64,000 nt of DNA, taken from IMG/VR virus record IMGVR_UViG_3300020057_001228, positions 64,001 through 128,000 of that record. One strand, given 5' to 3'. The notes under the pieces were generated by a model that was not told the origin of the DNA, searched no databases, and worked only from the letters and a program-made list of their open reading frames with translations. This document shows positions 1 through 8,737 of this stretch, one piece after another (the stretch's first letter is position 1; every line of letters begins with the position of its first letter). The position numbers were made by a program, and so were the translations under genes. This DNA comes from a virus (Duplodnaviria > Heunggongvirae > Uroviricota > Caudoviricetes).

Positions 1-1
1 G

Positions 2-1045
2 TTGTTTGGTGTCGAGCCTGTATACTCTGGCCTCACTAACGAAGGACCTCACTCCGTAATCATCGACCTGACTACGGGTGAACGTACATCACAGTTACAG
101 ACTACTAACAACAACGATGCCACCCTCTCAGATACATTCTACTTTGAGTTAACTACAGCAGGTGATACAGCACAGGGTCAGGTAGAAGTACTTGGGACCG
201 TCACTGTTGGTGACCAGTTCAGCATCGTTATCAATGGCTCTACCTACACGTACACAGCCATACTGGGTGATACACCTATCACTGTAGCCGCTGCCCTAGC
301 TCCTTTAGTAGACGCTGATGCTAACGTTGTAGCCTTCACTGATGCTTCACCGAATGACGACATCGTTATCATCCAGGCTAACGCTATAGGTTCAGCTGGT
401 AATGCTATTACTCTAACTGCACCATTCGTTGCTGGTAGCGCCTCTCTAGTAGCCTCGGGTGCAACTCTAACTGGTGGTAGGAACGTCAACACACTATCTC
501 AGAACGGTGTTGTTACATTTAGATCGCAAGAGATGGTAGATGTACTGAACCCAGTCCCATTGACTGTGAATAGGCTACGTTCTGTAAACGTGACCACAGG
601 AATGACTGTTTTGGATGTAGTGTTAGCGTTGGCTAACGATATCGCTACCTTCTCTGCTACCAGTAGGATCCTAGGAGCCGTCAGAGCCCCTACAAGGTTC
701 GTCATTGAGGGTACACCATACAATGCACCTGGTCTAACGATCGTGCCTTATACGCGGGACACAGTGCATTACAACATTGTGTTTGATATGCTAACAGTAC
801 CTAGCGAATTGAAGTTCGCTGCGTTGCCTAGAATATTGATTGCTGATCCAATCCCTGTGTTCGATAATCTAGCTAAGTCTCTAGTACTTCCAGCTAAGAT
901 GCTAAACCCATCTGGTGGTGGTTCTACAACAGATGATACTCCTATCAGCCAGACCAACCAGGGACGTGTGTTCCTATCTGAACCAGCTCCTTCTGCTCGT
1001 TTCAAGAAGGCATTTGAAGCAATCCGTAGGTTAAACAACGAATGA
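2..1045 (+). CDS. 5'-truncated virion structural protein (probable neck/head-tail joining) with a sheath-like beta insertion domain
   Basis: ORF runs off the window start and overlaps the next ORF (ATGA). It sits two genes upstream of the sheath. Segment 'PITVAAALAPLVDADANVVAF...IVIIQANAIG...ATLTGG' resembles the sheath segment 'AAAIANAAVTAINADSGVNTF...TVTIQADTK...ATFLTGG'. Confidence 0.4.
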   Translation: MFGVEPVYSGLTNEGPHSVIIDLTTGERTSQLQTTNNNDATLSDTFYFELTTAGDTAQGQVEVLGTVTVGDQFSIVINGSTYTYTAILGDTPITVAAALAPLVDADANVVAFTDASPNDDIVIIQANAIGSAGNAITLTAPFVAGSASLVASGATLTGGRNVNTLSQNGVVTFRSQEMVDVLNPVPLTVNRLRSVNVTTGMTVLDVVLALANDIATFSATSRILGAVRAPTRFVIEGTPYNAPGLTIVPYTRDTVHYNIVFDMLTVPSELKFAALPRILIADPIPVFDNLAKSLVLPAKMLNPSGGGSTTDDTPISQTNQGRVFLSEPAPSARFKKAFEAIRRLNNE

Positions 1046-1980
1046 CAGATTACGTAGGTAATGCAGCGATCAATAATCGTACTGGAACTCATATCCAGGA
1101 GATTATTGAAGCTATCTTCATCAACCTAGCGGCACACCCGCTGATCAATAGCCCTCCGGTGTTTGATAAAGATAACAACCGTGTACGCATTACGTTGTTC
1201 AGGGACTATGATGGTATTGATCTTGAGAACACTGGTGGTGCTGGTGTAACTCTATCTATATTCCCGTATAGCTTCAGTAACAACCAGGATAACAACCTAA
1301 CAGTAAACAGCAGCAATGCCTCTATTGTGTTTAAGCCACATACTATCGGTAGGCTTGGCACACCTCAGGGTCCACTAGATGAAGCTAGGGCCCACATCAC
1401 ATTTAAGCTGCATGTCTTTGGGTACGATACACCTACTACAATGGATACCAACTTCATCGAGAACCAGGTAACCAAGTTCCAGCTCAACAAGAATCAGCAG
1501 ATCCTTAGGGTATGGGCTGAGACTTTGAGAATGGTACTTGTTAGCGATCTACAGAAGTTACCATCGGTGAATTACCCGATAAGAAACCTGCTGTCTAATA
1601 GCTTCTTAAACCAGATTAACTACGGCTCATCCAAGTGGGATGACGGTCCTAATCTGATCTTCCAAACAGCTACGATGCTGTGGGAGACTACGTATTATGC
1701 CAAGCGTAGTTTGGAGGACTGGAACCCTGTTGAGGTTATTGGTGGGAATGTTGGATCAGTCCCTGACCCAAACCCCTTAAATAATCCAATACCAGTCTGC
1801 TATAACCTGGCTCAGGACAGGTATTTTAACTGCAGTACCAACGATACCCTTACGAGGGATCAGTTGATTGACCCAGCTACGGGGACGTTCTATACTACTC
1901 TGGCGACTAACGTCATCAAGGTAGTAGATACAATCAACCCACAGCGGCAGAACTTTGTGACATTTAGTGATCAAGGGTAG
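1042..1980 (+). CDS. putative tail terminator/neck protein
   Basis: 312-aa ORF immediately upstream of the sheath; function inferred from position only. Confidence 0.4.
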   Translation: MTDYVGNAAINNRTGTHIQEIIEAIFINLAAHPLINSPPVFDKDNNRVRITLFRDYDGIDLENTGGAGVTLSIFPYSFSNNQDNNLTVNSSNASIVFKPHTIGRLGTPQGPLDEARAHITFKLHVFGYDTPTTMDTNFIENQVTKFQLNKNQQILRVWAETLRMVLVSDLQKLPSVNYPIRNLLSNSFLNQINYGSSKWDDGPNLIFQTATMLWETTYYAKRSLEDWNPVEVIGGNVGSVPDPNPLNNPIPVCYNLAQDRYFNCSTNDTLTRDQLIDPATGTFYTTLATNVIKVVDTINPQRQNFVTFSDQG

Positions 1981-1991
1981 GAGAGGGCACC

Positions 1992-3836
1992 ATGGCTCTA
2001 GAAAATAACCTATATCCTGATATCCAGTTTGAGGAGATCAACGACAGTCCTCGGCCTACCCAAGTTGGATCTACCAACCGTATTGGCCTAGTTGGAGTGT
2101 TTCGTAAGGGTCCAAACGGGACGTTCAGGTTGCGCAGCACGTTTGAAGAGTTTGCCAAGATGTATAGCGACACCACACATGCTGGTTCCGTTGCTGTACA
2201 AGAGGCCATGGACCAGGGTGCCGATGACTTCGGTATCATCCGTGTCATGGGTTCTGCCAAGGCAGCCTCTGGTAACATCATCTTCTCTACAGCTGTAGTA
2301 ACAGCCGGTAGTGTTGAGTTCACCTTCCAGAGATTCCAGGTAGACGGCGTCACCCAGATTGGTGCTGACGTTGTTGTAGCCATTGGCGTAACTGGTGGTA
2401 TGTCTGCTGCAGCTATTGCCAACGCAGCTGTAACCGCTATCAACGCTGACTCTGGTGTGAACACGTTCATCACTGCTGTCTACGACACTGGTGGTACTGT
2501 AACCATCCAGGCCGATACCAAGGCTGCTATCACCAACTACTACAAAGTTAAGTTGGAGATCCCTGGCGTTGGTGGTGCTGGTGGCGTAACCGTATCCCCA
2601 CTCGTAGCTACTTTTTTAACTGGCGGTGCCGATGGACCAGCGCGTTCCACAGCAATCGTTCAGGACCGTCAGGTTGTACCAGTTGACCTATTCAGGATTG
2701 ACGCAGCATTCGATGGTACCTGGGGCGACTTCGTTCAGTTCACTATCACGAATGGTTCTGTATCTGGTAAGTTCAACCTTATCGTTACTGACACGTTCAA
2801 TAGCCACCAGGAGTCTTACTTCGATCTAGACATCAGCAACCCACTAAACCTGGACGCTGACACCAATGAAGTTCTAGCCACTCGTGGCTCTAACCTCGCT
2901 CGTGTGTTCTACATTGGAGCTGGTACCTTCTCTGCTGAGCTTCCTGCTATTAGCACGGATGTTCCGCTAGTTGGTGGATCTGATGGTCCAGCGATCGAGC
3001 TAGATGACTATATTGATGCACTAACCACTCTGAAGATGAATGTCGCCAACATCATCCTATCCGCTGGTAGTGTAGACAACACGATTCGCGCTGCTCTAAT
3101 CGCACAGGCTGAAACGTCGGAGGCTATCTCAGGGTTCCGTCTAGCCGTTCTAAACGCTGGCAAGAACATGCCTATCGAGACTCTGGATACAGTGAGCTCT
3201 CCATTCAACACTACGACTGGCTCTGCCGTCATGGTTGCTGGTTGGGCTACTTACGCTGGTCAGCCACGTCTATCTAGGTTCGGTGGTTCTCCAGATGGTC
3301 TGTACGCAGGACACTTGGTAGCTACACCAATCCAGGTATCGCCTGCAGCTCGTAGCAGCTCTCCGTTCATCCAGAACATCGTAGAAGTTGATACCGTCAT
3401 GACAGGGCAGGCCTTCAACAACTACACCAAGGCTCGTATGGAAGCTCTTGTTCTTGATATTGCAACCGGTGGATTCCACTGCCTAAACGGCCGTACACTG
3501 TCTTCTGATGGTGCATGGTACTGGGTATCTGTCCGCAGGGTGTATAATCAGATCAAGTCCGACCTGTTCCGTGCAATCCAGTGGGTCAAGTCTCAGCCGA
3601 ACACTACGGCTATGCGTAACCAGCTCAAGCAGCAGCTAGATACCTACATGGGTCTACTGCTAGCCAGAGGGGTTATTGCTGCTACCAAGCCTTCGCTTGT
3701 TGACAGTACCAACAACCCACCTGATCGTGTGGCAAGCGGCTATCTCCGTGCAGAAGTTTACTTCGTGCCTGTATTCCCTGCAGACCACGTGATAATCGGA
3801 GTACGTAGGTTCCTAGCGGCTGATGTACTAGCGTAA
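1992..3836 (+). CDS. contractile tail sheath protein
   Basis: N-terminal 'YPDIQFEEINDSPRP...IGLVGVFRKGP' and C-terminal 'WYWVSVRRVYNQIK...LLARGVI...NNPPDRVASGYLRAEVYFVPVFPADHVII' are typical sheath motifs. AGGAGAGG SD upstream. Confidence 0.92.
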   Translation: MALENNLYPDIQFEEINDSPRPTQVGSTNRIGLVGVFRKGPNGTFRLRSTFEEFAKMYSDTTHAGSVAVQEAMDQGADDFGIIRVMGSAKAASGNIIFSTAVVTAGSVEFTFQRFQVDGVTQIGADVVVAIGVTGGMSAAAIANAAVTAINADSGVNTFITAVYDTGGTVTIQADTKAAITNYYKVKLEIPGVGGAGGVTVSPLVATFLTGGADGPARSTAIVQDRQVVPVDLFRIDAAFDGTWGDFVQFTITNGSVSGKFNLIVTDTFNSHQESYFDLDISNPLNLDADTNEVLATRGSNLARVFYIGAGTFSAELPAISTDVPLVGGSDGPAIELDDYIDALTTLKMNVANIILSAGSVDNTIRAALIAQAETSEAISGFRLAVLNAGKNMPIETLDTVSSPFNTTTGSAVMVAGWATYAGQPRLSRFGGSPDGLYAGHLVATPIQVSPAARSSSPFIQNIVEVDTVMTGQAFNNYTKARMEALVLDIATGGFHCLNGRTLSSDGAWYWVSVRRVYNQIKSDLFRAIQWVKSQPNTTAMRNQLKQQLDTYMGLLLARGVIAATKPSLVDSTNNPPDRVASGYLRAEVYFVPVFPADHVIIGVRRFLAADVLA

Positions 3837-3845
3837 GGGTAATTA

Positions 3846-4130
3846 ATGTTAGCGGTATCTGATTTCTGTTATAGGTGCGGGGACTGCATTACAGCGTGCC
3901 CCGTACCTGGGACTATCACAAACATTCTCCCTGGCAAGGTCAGGATCAACTCCTTTTCATGTATTGATTGTAACCAGTGCATACCTGTATGCCGCTTTGG
4001 CCTCATTACAAAAGAGAAGGAAGCTGTGACTGAAGTGGAGTCTATTGATATTCTCGCTATGGCAGCACCAGATACCGTTGACGTACCTGCTGAAAAGAAG
4101 CCAGTACTTAAGAGGAAGCGAGCTAAGTAA
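3846..4130 (+). CDS. 2x[4Fe-4S] dicluster ferredoxin-like protein
   Basis: Two CxxCxxCxxxC motifs (CYRCGDCITACP; CIDCNQCIPVCR) at canonical spacing. Stop overlaps the next start (TAATG). Basic tail KKPVLKRKRAK. Confidence 0.88.
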   Translation: MLAVSDFCYRCGDCITACPVPGTITNILPGKVRINSFSCIDCNQCIPVCRFGLITKEKEAVTEVESIDILAMAAPDTVDVPAEKKPVLKRKRAK

Positions 4131-5338
4131 TGGCTGACCAGGAACTACCGCCAATCCCACCCTTTGTTAATGACAGGGTGTACATTGACCTTCTTCCTAA
4201 AGAAGAGCAGAACCAGGTTGCTATCCTTAATGCTCGTCACGGTGGGCCTCTTGCTGACCCAAGCAAGCTTTTTAGCGAGGCGTTTCCATCATTGGGTGGT
4301 CTGCCTGCTGCCACATTGCCTACACCTGGTACCTCTTCTGAGGTAGCTCCCACATCTACTGAACGTCCTCTGCTTGATAGGATTATCAACCCGCCTGCTG
4401 AGCCACCTAGACCTGGTAGCATTCGCAACGTAACAGACCACGCTGGTCCAGATCCCTTCCAGGGCTTTGACGTTGACGTATGGATCCAGCGTATAGATCT
4501 CGTAGACAAGATGAAGGATTCCCTGCTTAAGAGTCCTCTAGCAGATAGTCATCATCATGGTGGTATGGTTCTGCTAGGTCAGTTCCAATCTGTCAGTATT
4601 GGTATCAAAACCACAGCTGAGGCATATCTAGAGTTTGATTCCCGCACTCCAATTTATATGGACGGAGAAGTACAAATAGTCTTCAGACTTGATAAGGGTC
4701 TGGTGGATATGGGTGTTCTTCAAGAAACATTTGGAGTAAACGTACTTGGTCGTAGGACCAGCTACAACGTTCTTCCAAGGTTCAACATTACTTTCAACAT
4801 CAATACGACTAGCTACAACTACATTGATGATAAGTGGGAGTCTGAGCTCAATGGGGTCGTCTCGTACGGTCAGAGGCCCTACAGTGACCTACCACCAGAG
4901 AATCAGTCACTCAGTAGAGCAGGTGGTTTGCTAGATGTTCTTACGAATGCAACAGGGTTATCACCAACTAGAGCTCTTGCTCCGATCAATGGTGAACCAC
5001 TACCAACATTCCAAAGACATGTGAACGGACGCTTTGTGCTCAAAAGCTGTAAGGTAAACTCGTTCAATATTGATGCAGGTGCTGGTAAGCAGGTTGTTGC
5101 CACACAGTGGTTAGGAGTAGCCGAGGAGATTGTATCTCTAGCAGGCGATCCACCTAACGTTGTGCATTCCAACAAAGGCGAACGGGGAGACTCAAACGCC
5201 GCGTTGGATACGTGGCCTGTAGGACAGGCTAATACACGGCTACCTTTGGAGAGCATCAAACGGGAAGAACGTGCAGGTGCGGCCAAGGATTTAGCCGGTA
5301 AAGCGTTTAGCGCAGGTCTAAGGGCATTGTTAGGATAA
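4130..5338 (+). CDS. tail tube paralogue with N-terminal extension and internal insertion (tube/tube-initiator-like)
   Basis: Shares blocks with the 5350 ORF: TDHAGPDPxQGFDVDxW, EAYL..YxDGEVQI, PRFxITFNxNT, GKQVVATQWxGVxE. Lies downstream of the sheath. Confidence 0.65.
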   Translation: MADQELPPIPPFVNDRVYIDLLPKEEQNQVAILNARHGGPLADPSKLFSEAFPSLGGLPAATLPTPGTSSEVAPTSTERPLLDRIINPPAEPPRPGSIRNVTDHAGPDPFQGFDVDVWIQRIDLVDKMKDSLLKSPLADSHHHGGMVLLGQFQSVSIGIKTTAEAYLEFDSRTPIYMDGEVQIVFRLDKGLVDMGVLQETFGVNVLGRRTSYNVLPRFNITFNINTTSYNYIDDKWESELNGVVSYGQRPYSDLPPENQSLSRAGGLLDVLTNATGLSPTRALAPINGEPLPTFQRHVNGRFVLKSCKVNSFNIDAGAGKQVVATQWLGVAEEIVSLAGDPPNVVHSNKGERGDSNAALDTWPVGQANTRLPLESIKREERAGAAKDLAGKAFSAGLRALLG

Positions 5339-5349
5339 GGAGTTCAATC

Positions 5350-5955
5350 GTGGCTGGTACTATCAAATCGATTACAGATCACGCAGGCCCGGATCCCATT
5401 CAGGGATTTGACGTAGACTGCTGGGTAAGCGACGCATCTGACGGTACAATGATCCTGTTTGGTTCATTCACGTCTATCGTTGTAACTATTAGAAACGCTA
5501 CTGAGGCGTATCTAGGACTGAACGAGCGTATCCCCCGTTACCTTGATGGTGAGGTACAGATCGCTTGGGTTATGGAAAAGGGAATGCTCGACGTCAACGT
5601 ACTCAAGCAGAGCTTCGGCTTCTCTGAGATGACTCGTATGATTCGTTTCAACCGTAGTCCTAGGTTCCAGATTACCTTCAACACAAACACATACGGTGAG
5701 CTGAACAAGAAGGTAACCCTTCTATCAGCACTACAGCCTATTACTGATCCAATGCGTGACCCAGATGGTCGTATCGAACTCGTGCGTGCTAAGCTAGACT
5801 CATTCCACTTTGCTGCTACTTCTGGTAAACAGGTTGTAGCTACCCAGTGGCAGGGTGTTTGCGAAGGTATTCGTGTATACGCTGATCACGTTGTTGGTCA
5901 GTACGAGAATGTACCTGGTGCAAGTACTGCACTACCTGGTATTACTGATACATAA
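5350..5955 (+). CDS. tail tube protein
   Basis: 201 aa, compact paralogue of the previous ORF, positioned between sheath and baseplate hub. Confidence 0.65.
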   Translation: MAGTIKSITDHAGPDPIQGFDVDCWVSDASDGTMILFGSFTSIVVTIRNATEAYLGLNERIPRYLDGEVQIAWVMEKGMLDVNVLKQSFGFSEMTRMIRFNRSPRFQITFNTNTYGELNKKVTLLSALQPITDPMRDPDGRIELVRAKLDSFHFAATSGKQVVATQWQGVCEGIRVYADHVVGQYENVPGASTALPGITDT

Positions 5956-5967
5956 TCTGGGGGTAAA

Positions 5968-7449
5968 ATGGCAGACCGCGTACCTGCGGCTATTGTCTTT
6001 GGCTTCAAGAATGGGCGTGCGCTAGAGGGTATGTTCCCTCTGTTCACAAGGGTACCTATAGCAGAATCGACCTATCCGACTGAGTTCACGAAGATCCTCG
6101 GAACTGTACCTGCACTTACGGGTGGAGCAACTTCCGGAACCTTCTTCTCAGACGGGTGGGTCCTTACTGCTATTAAGGTGAACCAAACTCGCTTCTGGGC
6201 CTGTGACACAGCTGTAATAACTATCTCTTTAGATCTCAGTGATCCTACTGAGCCTTTCCTACCTGCGCCAACACATCCTGAGCAGCCTCTCACGATCACC
6301 ATGGGGTGGACAGAGGACCTGTATGGGGTACCAGACCTAGCCCACCTAACAAGGGTCTTTACGGGCTACGTAGACACTGTGAGCTACAAGCTAACTCCTA
6401 CGAGAGTTATCGCTACGATTGCACTGAGAGACCCTATTAGGTTTCTAGTCGACAACAAGCTTACAGAACTGTTCACCGATACGTACGTGGCTGGACAGAA
6501 GCAGACAGAAGGCTCTGGTACTCCATTCCTACAGGGTGGTAGACAAGCTTTGATTCGTGCCCTGATCCGAGATGGTTCTGGTACTTTCTACGATGGTGCA
6601 CCAGCTATCCCAGACGAGCGTATCTACACACATGAATCTGGTAGACAGGCTATTGGTACCACGGTGGGTTCTGCACAGCAGGATGGTGTAAACGGTACTG
6701 GGAGTAAGGTGGGTCAGCAGCTCTTCGTGCACAACAGGTTCCCTATGGAGCTGATCAAGCATCTGTCTACAGTTGAGCCAACACCTATGGAGATCTATGC
6801 CGACGCCAGTGGTTATGTCTATTGGGATACACGTCGTACTCTCTTGGGTGATATAGAACTTCTTAGCGGCGAGAAGATCAGCTACAAACCAAAGGACTAC
6901 TACTTCAGGAACCCAGTCACGATAGATGCTTCTCATACAGATGGTGAACCACAGCCAATTCTATCTGGAACTATGGAGTGGTCGACCATTGGTACGATTA
7001 CCAAGTTCGTAGTATCTAACAGTGGCCCTGAGGGTGATAACAGTGTTGCCAACATAGGCTACATAGATCCTACTAAGGTACATGGCTTCGACATGGCACA
7101 GAAGACCAGGTTCATCTTTGATGACACGTCTGATAAGTCTGTGATGGAAACTGCTGCCTTCTTAGATGCTATGCTGCAGCTATGGGGTAAGGATGTCAGA
7201 GCTGGCGCCATCGAAGTAGAAGGCGACGCTACTATGACTCCCGCTAGGGCAGTACGGCTGTGGAGAGTAGGTCTCTATCCACCACCTGATAACATGTTTA
7301 GGGTTGAGTCTGTAGTACATCTGTTCAGTGGTTCAGGTGCTAAGAAAGGCTTCAGAACCAGCATGATGATTAGTGCTACTGAAGAGAGCCTTAGAGAGTT
7401 TACTACATACACCACCAAGGAGCCTTCTACAGTTAAACAGGAGTCCTAA
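5968..7449 (+). CDS. baseplate hub protein (T4 gp27 / Mu gp44 / P2 gpD-like)
   Basis: 'VFTGYVDTVSY...IALRD' at the N-terminus and 'GAIEVEGDATMTPARAVRL...FRVESVVHLFSG...GFRTSM' at the C-terminus fit the hub fold. Lies directly before the spike OB gene. Confidence 0.75.
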   Translation: MADRVPAAIVFGFKNGRALEGMFPLFTRVPIAESTYPTEFTKILGTVPALTGGATSGTFFSDGWVLTAIKVNQTRFWACDTAVITISLDLSDPTEPFLPAPTHPEQPLTITMGWTEDLYGVPDLAHLTRVFTGYVDTVSYKLTPTRVIATIALRDPIRFLVDNKLTELFTDTYVAGQKQTEGSGTPFLQGGRQALIRALIRDGSGTFYDGAPAIPDERIYTHESGRQAIGTTVGSAQQDGVNGTGSKVGQQLFVHNRFPMELIKHLSTVEPTPMEIYADASGYVYWDTRRTLLGDIELLSGEKISYKPKDYYFRNPVTIDASHTDGEPQPILSGTMEWSTIGTITKFVVSNSGPEGDNSVANIGYIDPTKVHGFDMAQKTRFIFDDTSDKSVMETAAFLDAMLQLWGKDVRAGAIEVEGDATMTPARAVRLWRVGLYPPPDNMFRVESVVHLFSGSGAKKGFRTSMMISATEESLREFTTYTTKEPSTVKQES

Positions 7450-8453
7450 TGTATAACTTCTCCCTAGAGCATATTCGTGACCCCAACTTCATGCACGTTG
7501 GTGATAATACGATCACTAAGCATGCCTCTCATACACCTAGGCAGATTGGCTACATACTCAACGTTAACCCTGTAGACTATACAGCTGACGTTCAGCTAAG
7601 TGGAATCAACGGTAACAACGGACAGGCCATGGTTCTTAGGAACATCAAGGTGTCTGTCACGGATGGTGGATCAGGATGGGGTAAACACAACCTACCTCAC
7701 ATAGGACAGTTGGTAGAAGTTACGTTTGAGAACGGTCTTGTAACCAACTACACGAAGGCTACTATTGGTAACCGTTTCTATACAGCAGCACAGAAGGTTC
7801 CATTTCATCCTATGTTGCTAGAGGACAGAGCTTATCATAAGTCTCAGTTCGAGATGGCTGAGGGTGGTAGCTTTAAGTTCAAGTGCCACGATGGTTCTAT
7901 AACTGAGTTCAAGGCTAAGCCCCATACAGCAGAAGGCTCTAAGACCAACGCTAGGTCTACTGGTGTAGCACAGACAGCATCTGAAGCACGTATGGATAAG
8001 TCTCACGCCCAGCTGGACAGTATGAAGACCAAGCTGAAAGATGTTCAGAACAAGGCTTCCCAGGTGAAGGATCTAGCTGTGAAGGCTAAGAAGCTAAACC
8101 AGCTGAAGTCTTATATTGCTGATCTGCAACAGCGTGGTTATCAATCACCAGCTGGAACCACTAAGCCTTATGACCCATCTGCAAGCACTGCTGATTATCT
8201 ACATATCCTCAACTATAGAGATCCTGCACAGCTATCCACCATCATGACCGCTTTAGCACCGCTAGCTAAACTGAGTACCATCTCAGCTGGTGCTGGTACA
8301 TCTTACATAGCTCTATCCAATAACAACAACGATGCGTCCTTTATGACCGCTATCAAGTTGGCTTTGGGTGGTGCTGGTGTAAGATATAAGAGCGTGACAG
8401 GTGATTGGTACCTCACGTCTGATAAGACTACATATATTGTGGTGCAGCTATAA
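7449..8453 (+). CDS. baseplate spike N-terminal OB-fold protein (gp5/gpV/VgrG-like) with a non-beta-helical C-terminal half
   Basis: 'GYILNVNPVDYTADVQL...VSVTDGGSGWGKHNLPHIGQLVEVTFENG' matches the gp5/gpV OB-domain pattern (LP..G..V.V.F..G). Confidence 0.75.
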   Translation: MYNFSLEHIRDPNFMHVGDNTITKHASHTPRQIGYILNVNPVDYTADVQLSGINGNNGQAMVLRNIKVSVTDGGSGWGKHNLPHIGQLVEVTFENGLVTNYTKATIGNRFYTAAQKVPFHPMLLEDRAYHKSQFEMAEGGSFKFKCHDGSITEFKAKPHTAEGSKTNARSTGVAQTASEARMDKSHAQLDSMKTKLKDVQNKASQVKDLAVKAKKLNQLKSYIADLQQRGYQSPAGTTKPYDPSASTADYLHILNYRDPAQLSTIMTALAPLAKLSTISAGAGTSYIALSNNNNDASFMTAIKLALGGAGVRYKSVTGDWYLTSDKTTYIVVQL

Positions 8454-8737
8454 TGGCAAACATTCCTCTAGACGGTCAGATCCCATTCGAAGTCCTGAAG
8501 TACATGCGTGACCCAGGGCTTATTGCTATTGACGTAGAAGCCCTTACCAAACAGTCCACTACGACTGCTGGTGAATCAGCTAAGTTGGCTAAGGCTGCTG
8601 CGGATGATGCAGTTAAGTCAGCTGAGAACATGACATCAGCGGCTATCCAGACTGCTAACGCAACAAAGATACGCATTGAAGCTGTGCTATCTGCGATCTT
8701 GTCTGGTAGTCTCACTAACCCTCTGGCAGGTATCTAA
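8453..8737 (+). CDS. hypothetical Ala-rich helical protein
   Basis: 94-aa ORF coupled to both neighbours by TAATG overlaps. Confidence 0.6.
   Translation: MANIPLDGQIPFEVLKYMRDPGLIAIDVEALTKQSTTTAGESAKLAKAAADDAVKSAENMTSAAIQTANATKIRIEAVLSAILSGSLTNPLAGI

Noticed and set aside
2612-2618. In-phase T TTT TTA slippery heptamer in the sheath gene
   Set aside because: The -1 frame closes after about 24 codons, which would only truncate the sheath. No downstream stimulatory structure was evident.
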